Shown here: positions 26,268 through 40,290 of the stretch, piece after piece
Position numbering within the stretch: the stretch's first letter is position 1
How the letters are laid out: every line of letters starts with the position of its first letter
From: Octopus vulgaris
Lineage: Eukaryota
Length of the DNA stretch: 64,000 bases
Direction of reading: 5' to 3'
NCBI GenBank assembly: GCA_951406725.2
Contig: OX597817.1
Coordinates: 127,410,001 to 127,474,000 of the forward strand
Notes under the pieces: generated by a model
Seen by the model: only the letters and a program-made list of their open reading frames with translations
The model's database searches: none
What the model was told of the DNA's origin: nothing
Program-made: the position numbers and the translations under genes

Positions 26268-27547
26268 TATGAAGGGTGAGAGGGAGGGTCAGAAAGACAA
26301 ACAAATAGGCAAACGGAGAGAACAGAACATAGACAGAGAGACACCGATACACTGACAAATACACAACGCGAATGAGGACAATGAGAAAAAAATATTGAAT
26401 CAAGAACTTATACAGTCAATAATTGTATGAATGGTTGAAGACACGTAGAAGAATAAGTCAATACACACGGAAAGACCTACAGAGACACAGACGAAAACAT
26501 CCGCCCTCGATCATATATATCTTACCCTCCACACATATATTAAAAAAGAAATAAGAAATGGACACGTACAAATAGATTCGTTTTTTATGATTTAATTCAT
26601 CCCTGAACACAGCTGCTCCTCGTTGTATTTTAGAAAACATACAGACACCAGTGATATATATGTATGTGAGTGTGTGTCTGCGAGTGTGTGTATATATATA
26701 CATATACTAAAAAAAAAAACACAGATTTATTTATGTACATATATGAGATGTTTTGGTATCCAGAAGACCGAAAAGGCAGGAAGGCAACGTAAGTGCTACG
26801 GAAGGGCCGCTGGTAAGTTCACGGTCAATAATAGTGTGAGTGAGGGCACGGAAGGACTCCTCACTCATGCTATAGGGTCATAATTATGGGTGACATTTTC
26901 ATATGACACCGCCAGAAAATGTTGTTTACACTCTACGGCAGAAATCGTTTTCACCTCAATAGACGTCATTGATTGGTTGAAATTGCCAAAATTGAAGGAA
27001 ATATCTTACAAACTACAGAATTTTCTCGAGAAAGCCAAGAGAAAAAGATGTTTTATAAACACATTCTACCAGTAGACGAAGTTTAAAATTTTTTAGTTAC
27101 ATGGAAATTATTTTTAAAATCTGCCGATCAAAGTGAAAAGATCCTACATATATATTCATACATATGTATTTATTCACATATACACACACATATATCTAAA
27201 ACTCGTCTATATGCGAATATGTATATCTGTATATTTATTTATAAGTAAACATACATATATACATATATGTACGCAAGTATACACGCTAGCACACACAAAC
27301 ACATCTACACGGATGTTTACAGACAAACATGCACACACATTATTCATATATCTGTATATAATGACAGAGATACAGAAAATTCTTTAAATTTATTGCTTTA
27401 TAATATTTTATGAAGCTAGAATTATTTGCATCTGTTCTCACTGTTCGACAGCGTTCGAAATGTTCCATTTTCTGAAGAAACTTTATTGCTTCAGATTTAT
27501 TGTTGTTAATGTCATGTGCTGCTGTTGTTGCTACTATACTATTATTA

Positions 27548-28125
27548 CGGTGAGCTGGAAGAATCGTCAGCGCGTTGGACGAAATGCTTAGCGGTATTTC
27601 GTCTGCCGTTACGTTCAGAGTTCAAATTCCACCGAGGTCGACTTTGCCTTTCATCATTTCGGGGTCGATAAATTATGTACCAGTTACGCACTGAGGTCAA
27701 TGTAATCCACTTAATCTGTTTGTCTGTCCTTGTTTGTCCTCTCTGTGTTTAGCCCCTTGTGGGTAGTAAAGAAATAAAAAAGAAATAGGTATTTCGTCTG
27801 TCTTTACGTTCTGAGTTCAAATTCCGCCGAGGTCGACTTTGCCTTTCATCCTTTCGAGGTCGACTAAATAAGTACCAGTTACGCACTGGGGTCGATATAA
27901 TCGACTTTATCCATTTGTCTGTCCTTGTTTGTCCTCTCTGTGTTTAGCCCCTTGTGGGTAGTAAAGAAATAGGTATTTCATCCGTCATTACGTTCTGAGT
28001 TCACATTCTGCCGGGGTCGACTTTTTCTTTCATCCTTTCAGTGTCGATAAATTAGGTGCCATTTGTGTACTGGGGTTGATCTAATCAACTGGCCCCCCTC
28101 CTCCAAATTTATAGTAGAAAGGATT
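27548..28125 (+). mobile_element. Head-to-tail trimer of SINE family A
   Basis: One copy with a head followed by two copies starting at GGTATTTC; each has GAGTTCA(A/C)ATTC..GGTCGACTTT..CTTTCATC. Confidence 0.85.
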
Positions 28126-28222
28126 ATCATCATTAACGCAGTGACCTAGTATAATTCTTAGAGTGTCGGAGAAAATTTTTGTGGTATTCTTTTCGGTTCT
28201 TTACTCTCTGAGGTCAAATCCT

Positions 28223-28407
28223 GCACCGTCTTTAGTCGAGCAAATCGACCCCGGAACTTATTCTTTGTAAGCCCTGTACTTATTCCATCGGTCTCTTTTG
28301 CCGAACCGCTAAGTGACGGGGACGTAAACACGCCAGCATCGGTTGTCAAGCAATGCTAGGGGGACAAACACAAACATACAGACACACACACACACACATA
28401 CACACAT

Positions 28408-28456
<49 letters not shown>

Positions 28457-28534
28457 TACGACAGGCTTCTTTCAGTTTCCGTCTACCAAATCCACTCACA
28501 AGGCATTGGTCGGCCCGTAGCTATAGCAGAAGAC
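28223..28534 (-). mobile_element. SINE family B body, interrupted by the Tx1-type LINE
   Basis: Matches family B up to GCTATAGCAGAAGAC; the missing head is found at 32227-32259. Confidence 0.85.
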
Positions 28535-30418
28535 TTTGACTACAGACTCGATGTCGCTATACAAAGCAGCGATCCAACCTCGAAAGGTCGGGCCTAGGCC
28601 AGCCTCTCCGAGGACCACCGCCAGGTACCGATGGTCGACCCTATCAAATGCTTGGACTGGTCTAAATGTACCAGTGCTCCCCCTGCGCCAGAAAGCTTCC
28701 CCGCCCTCTCTAAGGAGTAGCGTATAAGGTGGAGATTGTCGTGGATCGTTCTGCCGGGGATAGCGCACGATTGCGCTTCCCCGACAAGTTTGTCCACGAC
28801 CCGCGCCGACCTTTTTGCTAGCACCTTGGCCAGAATCTTTAACTCTGTGTTTAACAGAGTTATGGGCCTGAAGTTCCCTATCTCGTCCCCCTTGTTCGGG
28901 TCCTTCCTGATCAACGTCACCGCCCCCCGGCTCGCAGACTTGGGAATTCTCCCATTCTGCTGCCAGTTGGCGTAGACGCTAGCCAGCAGGTGCCCGAACA
29001 AGTCTGGCATACTTCTATAAAATTCATAGGGCAGACCATCGAGACCCGGCGACTTCTCCCCGGGGCACTTGCCCATTACCTCGATTACTTCCTCGGCTGT
29101 GATTGGCCCTTCACAGCACTCAGTCTCTCGTGTCGAGAGGCGCGGGCCACCAGACAGGAAGTCCCTAAGGGCCTCACCATGATCCAGCGTCCCGCACCTC
29201 CCGAACAACTCGGCGAAGTGCTTGTGAAGTGCCTCACACATCTCGTCCCGCTTCTTGATCGTGCATCCGTTTTCATCAACAAGAGACCCAATTGTGGCAT
29301 CGTTTCCACGCTGTGTTTCTATCGTACGGGCCCATCCGGCAACATTAATTCCCTCACGGCCCAATGCTCGTACTTTAGCCCGGACTCTACATCCCTCATG
29401 TTTGGTTTTGAGGTGACGGTCTAATGCCGTTCTCGCCGCTAAAATGTGAGATGCAGAGCCCAACCTCAACGCCTCCTCTAAGTTCTTAACTAGTTGCCCT
29501 TCTATTCTAGCCCTATCTAGTCTTAGTTGTTTACTAAATCTAATGGACTCGAATCGAATGGCTCTTTTGAGGGTGAACCACCACCGGTTATTAACCACGG
29601 CTCCGGTTAACGCCCTCTGCACTAACACCTTAATCCGGCTACCGTATGCCTCGCGTGTCAAAATAGACTTGTTCAGCTTCCAGTAGCCGGTTCCTATCTT
29701 AAGTGTGCTATATATGTCCAGTCTACACGTGACCATTCTATGGTCAGTATAGGGCACCTGGACGAGCTGTGGACAACTAAAACTAGACTTATCTCTAGTT
29801 CTTATCACTATCTTGTCTAGATAAGACTTGAATCTTCCGTCGCCACTCATCCAGGTCCACTCTGGGACGTTCGGATGGTCAAGTCTGTAACGATCTGCTA
29901 GCTGAAACCGCTAAAGCAGATCCACGAGACGTGAGTTCACTTTCCTATAGATCGAGCCAACGCTATCGATGTGTACGTCAACGATAGCATTAAAGTCCCC
30001 TAATATCACTAAAGTCTTCGACGTCACGAGAAAGCCCTCTAGGCGCCGATAAAAAATCAGTTTGGAAACCTCTAGCACAAGGTGCATAGAGTCCGATCAA
30101 CCTGAAGGCCTTACTGCTGTATGTCATATCAAGGACGACCAGCCCACCTTCTGGGTCTACATAGACTGTACTTGTCTGTAGAGCCAAGTCTTTACGGATC
30201 AGTACCACTACGCCCCCTCGCCCTCCGGTCTGGCCAGGAGACATGATTTTCTCGTAGCCATTCAGGAGAGGCGAGAAGGTTTGTAGGCTGTCCAGCTTGG
30301 TCTCTGTAGCAACCATCACATGTATATCATGTGATCTGAGGTCGTCGAGGAAACAAGCCTGCTTCCACTTCGAACTCAGACCACGCACATTTAAACAACC
30401 AAGGTTAAGCGAAGCCAT
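28535..30418 (-). pseudogene. Tx1 ORF2 (APE endonuclease plus N-terminal half of RT), disrupted
   Basis: Starts MASLNLGCLNVRGLSS; frameshifts near 30045 and 28650 and a stop near 29911; ends before the RT QG/YADD motifs. Confidence 0.88.
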
Positions 30419-30435
30419 TACAAAAAGTAAAAGTT

Positions 30436-31857
30436 CTACTTACATTTCGTTGGAGAGGTGGGAGCCGACCTCACCACACGTTTGTGGGCCCCTTCTTTCT
30501 CCTCTTTCTTCAGATAGTCCGGCAAGTTTGCGACATGCCGGATGGCGTTTGGGTGTCTGTCTTTTAATTGTTTGAACGTTGTTTCCGCAATCCACGCGTG
30601 TCTATTTCGATCTTTGTATTTGTTGTACAGTCTTGCTGACTGATGCTGAACCACAATATCGTTTATGTATTTGTCTTGTGTGTCGAATTCAATTAATATG
30701 AGTTCATTTTCTTTCTTGTCTTCTTTTTCTGGGCCAGTTGAACGGGATTTTTTTTTCCGTGTCTGTGGTGTGTCTTTGTTTTTATTATTTTTTGTAGGGG
30801 ATGTGGACGGGGATGCTGCACGAATTCTTTTACGAACTGGTGTAAATCCCCCCTCTGATACCTCCATGGTATCGTCTGGGGTAGCAATAGTTTGTTCGGT
30901 AGGCGCCGCAGTTTTTAGGGGGGTGGGAGGTTTTAATAGTGTAGGGGTTTGTGAGTGCGAGGGCTGGGTTTTTTCTTCAGTCTGTTTTGGGGTGGCACCG
31001 TAACAGCAGGAGTGGGATTTTTTTGTAGGGGTAGGTGTGTTTGCAAGGGTAGGGACTTTTTTATTATCTGAGGGGCCTGGTGTCTGCGGTTTCTTTTGCT
31101 TGTCTGGACAGTCTACACGAATGTGGCCCTTTTTGCCGCAGGCGTAACAGGTGGGTTTTCGGCCTTCGACCTGTACCCTGAGGGCTACGTTCTCGCCCAC
31201 GAGCACCCTCTCAGGAAGGAGCTGTAGGTCCTTCGCTGCTCCTTGAATTAATATATTAATGTTACGCCCGAGCCAAAATCGAGGGATAGAGCATGTTACT
31301 TCTAGTATTTTTATTTTGTCCGCCCTTTTATATAATAGGGCAGGCCACTACCTCTACCGGATCTACTTCCGGCGGGGCTTCTACAATCCTGACCCGGACG
31401 ACCTGCGTCCCCTATAGCTTGGAAAAAGTACCACCTCCTTGGTTTTTAGGGGGTTTACAGAATGCCCGCGGGCCATTTCTTCCCCCGAGAAGCGGACATC
31501 CACAGTGCCATATGCCCGTCCCCTGGCGACGTACACGATGTCCTTCCAAATCGGGGACAGGCATTTCTCGATGGTACTTTTTTCAAAGTGTTTGAACCTT
31601 CTGCTTTGTGGACAGAAAGTTTTAAACACTACGGTCCGCTTCTCGGTCTCCACGATACTGGCGGAGGGTGATATTTTAACATCACCACCCTCCTCTTGCA
31701 TTTTTTTAAATAGCTCGACGATCTGGTTGACATCGATGTCAATTTTCTCGGTAGCCACTGCGGCTACCTCAGAAAATTTTTTAACATTGCTCTCCTCAAG
31801 AGCACTACTTTCGTGAATAATTTCAACAGATATTATTCTGTTGAAATTAGACAACAC
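30436..31857 (-). pseudogene. Tx1 ORF1 (gag-like, CCHC zinc knuckle), frameshifted
   Basis: CYACGKKGHIRVDC followed by a Pro/Thr/Lys-rich tail; split between track ORFs 31381-31857 and 30436-31206. Confidence 0.8.
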
Positions 31858-32226
31858 AAAAATTACGAGTATTGGTTTCCCACAAAACTGGGAAACCTAT
31901 AGAAAGTTTTTCTTCCAAAGTAGTTCAAAAAAGCAGTTCAAAAATTCCAATTCCCACCCGCATTCGGGGGAGGGGCACGAAAATAGTCTGGCAGGACTAT
32001 GTATAGTCACGTAAATAAAAAGCCACAGTGGCTAACAGTTCAACGGTAAGAAATTATTCAATTATTTCCCGGTAAAACCGGAGAACAAGACAGTTCAGCA
32101 ACGTTTAAAGGCAAATTTTCAGTAGTAGGAATTCAACAATTAACAACACAGCAAAACTCTTACCGGGAAGAAAACGCGTCCAAACCGTAGTACGGTAGGC
32201 AAAGTCACTCTTCTGTCAGTGAGGTT

Positions 32227-32259
32227 AGCAAGCTACTTACCACACAGCCACTCCTGCGC
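32227..32259 (-). mobile_element. 5' tRNA-like head of the interrupted SINE family B copy
   Basis: Minus strand GCGCAGGAGTGGCTGTGTGGTAAGTAGCTTGCT, matching 44373-44405 with one mismatch. Confidence 0.85.
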
Positions 32260-32599
32260 TTATTTACTTTTTTTTGTTCTTGTTATTGATGTTTCTCTCG
32301 TCATTGTTTTTATTAACACAATGTAACCTTGATACCATTGTTATAAACATCCCAGTCTTTGATCCAGTTTGTATTCTTATGACTTCATTTTTCCAAATTA
32401 AGGAGTCTTCGTTGATCCGAGAAACTTCTACGTTGAATCTTGAATATAACAACAATGGGACTGCTACCGACGAAGGTCCCTTAGCAATCTCCAGATATAC
32501 GAGAAAGAGTGACTCGAGTCAATTATACCGCACTCAGCCATCTTTAAAATATGTAAAACACAATCCGTTAACTCTTTTACTAGTTTCATCTGGAGAACT

Positions 32600-32990
32600 G
32601 CAACCATGCTGGGGCAACGCCGTTAGCTTTGCTACCAACCTCCTCTGATGTGTAACATTTGGTGAATGAGGTGGGTGATGCAGCTAGACTCATCTGTGCT
32701 TTCTACCGTGAAATAGGCTTGTCTGGAATCTTTCACAGGGGGAGATCCATTTTCGTCTTGAAGACACCTACATCCACCTCATGCAGGTCTGTCAGGGTTT
32801 GGTGGTGTATATTGAAGAGCTATGGTCCCTTGAAACCCAAGATGTTGCAGTATCTGGTCCTATATCTTAATGGTGATGCTGGGATCTTTGGAGCCACTCA
32901 GTGTCGCCCTGTTCTGCTGTTTGCGTAACTTTCAGTGCTAGAATTTAGTGCAAATCCTTCCAAGATTTTCTATATTCATTAGGTAAGACG
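32600..32990 (-). mobile_element. CR1-like LINE 3' fragment
   Basis: Minus-strand peptide RTGRH*VAPKIPASPLRYRTRYCNILGFKGP*LFNI...DLHEVDVGVFKTKMD..L*KIPDKP resembles a CR1-group ORF2 C-terminus. Confidence 0.7.
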
Positions 32991-34619
32991 AACATATTGT
33001 AAACGGTTACGCAGTTATAAAATCGGACGAATCAATCGTAAAGTTTCCGAAAATTCTATGAATTTGTAAAATTACAGTATTTAATGCATAAACACATTTT
33101 ATGAAAGATTTGGTTGTTATTTTTGATCAAATCAACGCAATTAAATGACAATGTACTAGCTGCTTCATTGGCTTGCCAAAGAAGCAGCTGAAATCAATGC
33201 TTCTAGTTAACAATCGGTAAGGTATACAAAATTTCTCCCGCTGTACAACTTAAATTGTGTTTATTATCCTATGTTCGGATACATTGTTTTCGAATCAACG
33301 ATGGAGCGTCTATGGGGACGCTTCTTTAGAAGAAATAGCTAAGAAATTCCCATTAAAATCACATCGTACGACCTTAAAAAGAAAAGATATAACAGATAAT
33401 GTGTTCTAAGTACATTTTGTCTGTAACTAAAATGGGATAATTGCAACTAGTATGTAATTCTAAGTTTGCATGAAGAGGGTTGGCTTGTAGCAAAATAAAA
33501 TACACAAAAGCAGGAACAACAACCCATTAGAATTAGTCACAGCTGTAAATCATTAAGACTCTAGTCTACGATGGAATTTCTAAATGATCTTGAAACAGTA
33601 GCAAAATTTCACCAAATTATACTCTACGGTTTAATAAAATTACACATCACAAATTTGGTTTCACTGTACGTAGGACAAAGACGTTATGATATCACAGCTG
33701 ACATCATAGGGCTGATAGATCATGGATGATATTATGTTAAGTAGCAACAGCAAGACATAAACCAGAATTATAATAGCTGAGTGCTTCTAGCGACGTTTAC
33801 TCACAAGATTTCAGCCTACATCTCGGGTATGAGAATAGCTGTATTTTTTATTTGTTTCAGTCATTAAACTGTGGTCATGCCGGGCATCACGTTGATACAA
33901 ATTACAGAAACTCGTAAGCTGTGGTTTCTTCTTTCCTCTCCTTCGCCAATTACAGAGACTCCGAAAATGTCATGCGAGCTGACAAAACATTAAAATATAG
34001 CAACACTAGACAAGATAAGTTTACCTTGCTGTGAACTGTCAGTGGCTAAATATGAAATATTAATACCTCAAGTGATTGTTCAAAATTTCTATTCAGTTTG
34101 CCAAGTCACATTCTAATATCCATTCACGTTACTTACTCAAAAATGAATGGAAATAAGCGCTGGCGTTGGATTCCCAATTCACGATAGACTTGAAGAGGTT
34201 CGGTTGTAACACACAGAGTATCTTGGGCATTAAAATCTAGCAGGGCACATCTCGCTTGAAGCCTAACCACAGCTAATTGTTTTTTAAGAAAAACCGAGAA
34301 ATCAGTTTCAAAACAAGACATGTAAATTGTTTATTGTATAGTGACTTTAAAAAAGTCGATCTGGACGGGAGTTGAACTCAGTTAGCAGAATGCTCAGAGA
34401 AATACCGCTATGTATTCTCTCAGACTTTCAAATGTCTCTATCAACTCACCAGTTCAATGATCAAAGGATTGAAACATTGATTAAACATAGTTTTTCTATT
34501 GCATATATCAGTAAGCTATACCAAGTAGGTCATTTTCTACAGATGAGGTACCAGAATGATTGGAAAACTAAGGCTGACAACCTTTACTAGCAATCAACAA
34601 GAAGCGGTCCTCTTTACAG

Positions 34620-34880
34620 TCGATATATTCTCACAAATATTTATATAATAATAACCAGCAAAAACATTTCTTGATACGAGATAGTCATAAAAGTATCTTT
34701 CATAAAATAACCCATCTACCAGAAAAGATTATAGCAATATTTTTTTTTATAAAACATTACAAAACTATCAGACACAGGTCTAACAATATCGTTTAGAAAA
34801 CATTATCCAAATAGCAGACATCGTTATAACAATATCATTTATAAACATTACATTATTCTAGACACTGTTTAAAGTTCGTA
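34620..34880. repeat. Degenerate minisatellite of about 46 bp
   Basis: Units AAAACATTA....CAGACA....TAACAATATC.TTTA repeated 3-5 times. Confidence 0.65.
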
Positions 34881-35102
34881 GATACAGTAAACTATTTCAA
34901 AAAGGAAGACTTAATAAAAATAAAACAAAATATGTTTTATTTTTCAAACTGCAAAAGAATAATAACAAAAAATGTGTTTTTAGGCTGCAAATTCTATCAT
35001 ACAGTTAATTTTGACTAATATTTAATAATAAAATAATATTTTAGATAAAAACATACATACATTCTATATATATATATATATGAACACATGTATACATGTA
35101 CT

Positions 35103-35155
<53 letters not shown>

Positions 35156-35920
35156 ACCAGTAAACAGAGATTCACTGAGTTATAGTCTATGACGTCACGA
35201 AATTGTAATTCATACCGTCTGTCGTTTTCTTAGAATTTGTGAATATATCGAAATAACTATAATACTAAAAAGCTAACAAAATAAAAGAACATATTTGTTT
35301 ATTTATCAAACAACAAAAGAATAATAAAATGTTACTCATACGCAGTGAAGTCTGTCATATAGCTAATTTAAATAATATTTAATAATAAAATAATATTCTG
35401 GTTGGAATGGAACTGGCTTTTTGTGTATGAGAGAGAGAGGTGGGTGCGTGTGTCCAATTACACCAGTGAGCAGAGCATAACTGAGTAATGGTCTGTGACG
35501 TCACGAAATTTTAATTCTATGATCAACCAATAAAAACTTACGTTAGACAAAATGAACAATAAATTACGAAGTTTCAAACGCTGTGACAATATAAGAGTTT
35601 ATAACTTAATTTAAACTTAATGTGAGTACAAAACATAAATACAGACATACCATGGATACAGACGGAATATTGCAAATATACAATCGATGAAGAGATGAGG
35701 AGACAGAGAATTGAGTGAAGGACAACGAGGCAAAGAATATGAAGAAGTCGGTAAGGAAAATGTTAATAATGAAGATGATGAGGTTGACATCAATGGCGAC
35801 GAATTTTGCAGTATGGTGATGAGGATGCTCATCATCATCATCATCGTCGTCATCATTATCATCATGACAAAAAGATAAGAATCCGAAAGGAAAATAAAGG
35901 AAAAATTTTAAAAAGTGATG

Positions 35921-35967
<47 letters not shown>

Positions 35968-36448
35968 TGCTGTTGTTGTACCTGTCCGACCACAAAAAGA
36001 TAATCAAGAAAAGGAAGGAGAGTGAAGAGGAGGTGGAAGGGAAGGTGGGGAAGGAAGTACACGATAATAAAAAAGGAAAGCATAACAGCAACAAGACATA
36101 CAAGTAAAATATAAGGAAAACGAAAGTAAGTGGAATAAGAACAAGAATATAAGAAAGAGAAATTAGAAAAATCATGATAAGAAAGAAAAAAACAATATAA
36201 AGATGTTGCTGAGGAAATAAAATATGCGAATAAAACTGTTAAAAACAAAAGAAGCAAAGACAAAAGAAACAGCATACCAAAAAAAAAAAAATAACTGTTT
36301 GTCTCTCTGATTAAAAACAATTTGGAAAGATGTTAATTTAATATTTCTTAATTATAGAGATATTAATTTTAAAACACAATAATTTAATATGTTCGACTCC
36401 TTGTTTATTTTCCTTCTCTATTTCTCACACTGAGGCATACACACACAC

Positions 36449-36621
<173 letters not shown>

Positions 36622-36736
36622 TATACATACATATATGTATATACATGTGCGTATGTTCATGCTTAGGTATGTATATGTGTATATGTATATACATGCGTAT
36701 GTATTTGTGTGTCTATCCTTGTCAACTGTTGTGTGT

Positions 36737-36781
<45 letters not shown>

Positions 36782-36902
36782 CTTGCATGTACGCATATAT
36801 GTAATTGTGTATGTCTTTCTGTTTTCTCTTGTTCTGAAATTGCAGACAATTTGTTTTACTCAGAAGATAAAAAATAAAATAGAGTAGATAATAGTAGTGA
36901 AC

Positions 36903-36980
<78 letters not shown>

Positions 36981-37091
36981 CAGCAGCATTTAAGATTTGT
37001 GATCAAACGCCTTCCAGCTATGAGCATATCTGTTTTTCTTTTGCCATAGTTTGCCGAGGGTTACATTAACACGTTATTCAACCGTTTGTGA

Positions 37092-37395
37092 AGGCGCGTG
37101 GCTTAGTGGTTAAGGCATTCGGCTCACGATTGTAAGGTCGTGAGTTCAATTCCAAGCGACGCGTTGTGTCCTTGAGCAAGACACTTTATTTCATGTTGCT
37201 CCAGTCCACTCAGCTGGCAAAAATGAGTTGTACCTGTATTTCAAAGTGCCGGCCTTGTCACACTGTGTGTCACGCTGGATCTCCCTGAGAACTACGTTAA
37301 GGGTACACGTGTCTGTGGAGTGCTCAGCCACGAGCAGGCTGTTCTGTTGATCGTATCAGCTGGGACCCTCGTCGTCGTAACCGACGGAGTGCTTC
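37092..37395 (+). mobile_element. tRNA-derived SINE family C
   Basis: A-box TGGCTTAGTGG and B-box-like GAGTTCAATTCC, followed by TGTGTCCTTGAGCAAGACACTTTA..TGCTCCAGTCCACTCAGCTG. Related copy at 63200-63400. Confidence 0.8.
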
Positions 37396-38329
37396 TAAAG
37401 TCAACCGTTTAGTGGTAGTATTTTCAGAGCTCTGCAAAATGTCGCATGATATGTATTTCGTCTCTTTGTCTTCTGAATTGAATTCTAGCTGAGATCGAAG
37501 TCGTTTATAGTATTATAGACCCCCGGACAAATCAAGGAACTGGCCGCTATAAGAACTATTTATCGACAACAATCCATATAGATTAGAAGTTGGCCTCTTA
37601 GCCTATTAGGCTCTTAAAAATCAATGCAATGGCTCTTCTAGTCTTTATTTATTGACAGTATGTTACAGTATACAAAGATCTTAATTAGGCTCCCTACACC
37701 CATAAAGTCCCAGGCAAATCAGTGCACTATAATATTTATAATATAATAAAGTTATAATATTTATAAATTGACAGCAAGTCGCAGCATACATACGCTAGAA
37801 TTGGCATGAAGTTGAATGAGAAGCATGCGCAACTCTAGGTAGTGGTCGTGGTATAATTTATTTATTGACAGTAATCACAATATGAATAGATCAGTATCAG
37901 ACCCCTAGATCTGTGAGCTCCTTGAGCAACTGCCCGATATGCCCATGTCTTACGACAGCAAGCACTGGTTGTGATCAACGTAGTTTATCACCATAACATT
38001 CATCGATAATTTTTAAAAGCTGTCCGGAACAGTGAATAAGTGGAATCGTTACAGCGGTTCTTTACGTTCCGAATGCCAAAGTATTTATGATGGACATATC
38101 TATATTTAAGCAAGAACATAATGTCTTGTATAAAGCAATACATGGCATTAGACAAAGGAGCAACAACGTTAGTGTTTTTCAATGAAAACTCCCATGGAAT
38201 CAAATAGTACTTGTCAATGAAGATAGAAAATTTCGTTCGTCAATAGGCTGGAGTGCCTGCGAAAAAGCAAAAACTGCAACAACACAACTAGCTAAGAGTT
38301 CACGGTGAAATACTCTCCAAAAGAAAATA

Positions 38330-38695
38330 ACCCTTTCTACTATAGGCACAAGGCCTGAAATTTGGGAGAGGGAATAGTCGATTACATCGACCCCAGTATA
38401 CAACTGGTACTTATTTTATCGAGACCGAAACGACGAAAGGTTAAGTCAAACTCGGCGGAATGTTTTCCAAAATATTATTCTTTTCTACTTTAGGCACAAG
38501 GCCCGAAACTTTTGGGGAGGAAGCCAGTCGATTAGATCGACACCAGTACGTAACTGGTACTTAATTTATCGACCCCGAAAGGATGAAAGGCAAAGTCGTC
38601 CTCGGCGGAATTTGAACTCATAACGTAAAGACAGACCAAATACTGCTAAGCATTTCGCCCGGCGTGCTAACGTTTCTGCCAGCTCGCAGCCTTAT
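38330..38695 (-). mobile_element. Two tandem SINE family A copies
   Basis: AGGCACAAGGCC..TCGACCCC..GAAAGGCAAAGTC..GAATTTGAACTC..CCAGCTCGC. Confidence 0.85.
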
Positions 38696-38764
38696 TGCAT
38701 GTAATCTCTAGTCAGCGTGGAAGTAGTGACACCTGAGCAGCAGCACAGCAGATTTCTTACTACT

Positions 38765-38960
38765 TCTTTAAACTAGTGGCCGTTTATGCTCCAACTGAAA
38801 CTAAAACAAAGGATGTTTTCAGATATCATGACGTTTTCCTGTGAAAATCTCTCACATTCAGGATTGTGAGTGACTGGAATGACATCTTCCACGTAAGCAG
38901 AGGAGAATGTGTAGAATCTTCCCACAGAGGAGAGATGAAAAATCCTTGCAAATCTTCCGT
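38765..38960 (+). pseudogene. Old L1/Tx1-type APE endonuclease fragment; related fragment at 42800-42965
   Basis: FKLVAVYAPTE...VF...IVSDWN pattern; the GGCCGTTTATG..ACTGAA..CAAAGGA.GTTTTCAGA block recurs at 42800. Confidence 0.5.
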
Positions 38961-39766
38961 TTTAATTGCCTGAATAGTATCAGGATTATTCAGATGTACC
39001 GCTGTTAACTTGGACAAATTCCAGCTCGTTGTTTATAGCATCCATAGGTTTTTTTTATTAGATTAAAACATACGAACAGTCAGGAAAATTCGAACAGCCA
39101 AGATATTCGTCTAAAGTGGTTCAATTTTTGCCATTTCGCTACGAATTACATTTTATGTAATATTCACATAGAATACTAGACACTAAACTTTATGCAGTTA
39201 AAATTCGACGTACCGGAACTTCATGTCTAAAATGTCTAAAAGACCACACTAGCTGTTTAAATTTGCTTCACATGAAATATGGAGTAATTTATGAAACCAA
39301 AAATTGCATTTATCAACGGAAAGTAAAATAAACTGCAAATTAAGAATAAAAAATGCATAAAATTTATAATCTTCGAAATCTGCTTCAGGGAAAGTATAAC
39401 TGATTTGAAACTTATCTAATTCTGGATGATACCATAATACAATGAAGATTACTGATATGGATTCTTGCATTAACAAGATTGGATTTAACCATTCTAAACG
39501 CATACACACACAGAATCCCACACATATGTATGTACGCTTATGTGCAGGAGGTGAAGTTAAAAGATAGGGAAAAATCTAGATTATATGCATCCTCGATGTA
39601 GATATAATTTTGTATCAGATTGAATAAGTTATATACATTTATATGTCTCTGTATGTGTACGTGTATGTGCGCGTGCGCATATGTGTGTGTGTATGTGTGA
39701 AAATATCTATATGTACACATATATATATATATATACATACATATATGTATATATGTATATATATAT

Positions 39767-39807
<41 letters not shown>

Positions 39808-39809
<2 letters not shown>

Positions 39810-39915
39810 ATAGGAAAAAAGCAACAAGAATGGATTAAAATCTCGGTACGATCGTTTCGTACGAGGACATCTTTAATAAGCTACAAAAAATGCAGTGAAT
39901 ACAGATGGCTCGTAC
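39808..39915 (-). repeat. Exact 108-bp copy of 499-606 (hammerhead lacking the CUGANGA half)
   Basis: Identical base for base by eye; embedded in TA-rich tracts. Confidence 0.92.
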
Positions 39916-40290
39916 ATATATATATACATATAGACATATGCATGTATGTATGTATATATATACAGAGATTTATACATAGTGATATTTGCAGAAGCATGCA
40001 CACATACACACAAACTCATGCATGTAGCTGCGTAAGTATGTGTGCTTGTATATATTCGAGCGTACACTTACATGCATATATATATATATACAAAATAAGA
40101 AAATGGAGAAATATACCTTAATCAATAATCAACTACCAGATAATACCCAATCACATAATTTATTAAACCACTACATATGAACATCAAGGTCAAATATAAT
40201 AGTATAGAACAAAACAATGAACATCAATGAGTAATATGATACAATAATTACAATATGTATAGGTGAATATAAATAAATATAAATATAAAC

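Larger units (their letters stand above)
28535..32226 (-). mobile_element. Tx1-clade (L1 group) non-LTR retrotransposon, 5' end present, 3' truncated within RT
   Basis: ORF1 with CCHC knuckle, then ORF2 with APE endonuclease (LNVRGL, GDFNA, TDHRMV, GTGYWKLN) and RT motifs (KSPGLDGLPYEFY, NFRPITLLNTELKILAKVLA, LDQSK/AFDRVDH). GC-rich relative to flanks. Confidence 0.93.

Noticed and set aside
28736-31816. Plus-strand ORFs overlapping the LINE
   Set aside because: Antisense shadows of the GC-rich Tx1 coding sequence.
37092-37165. tRNA-like sequence
   Set aside because: Has A and B boxes but no complete cloverleaf, and continues into a SINE body, so it is a SINE head and not a tRNA gene.
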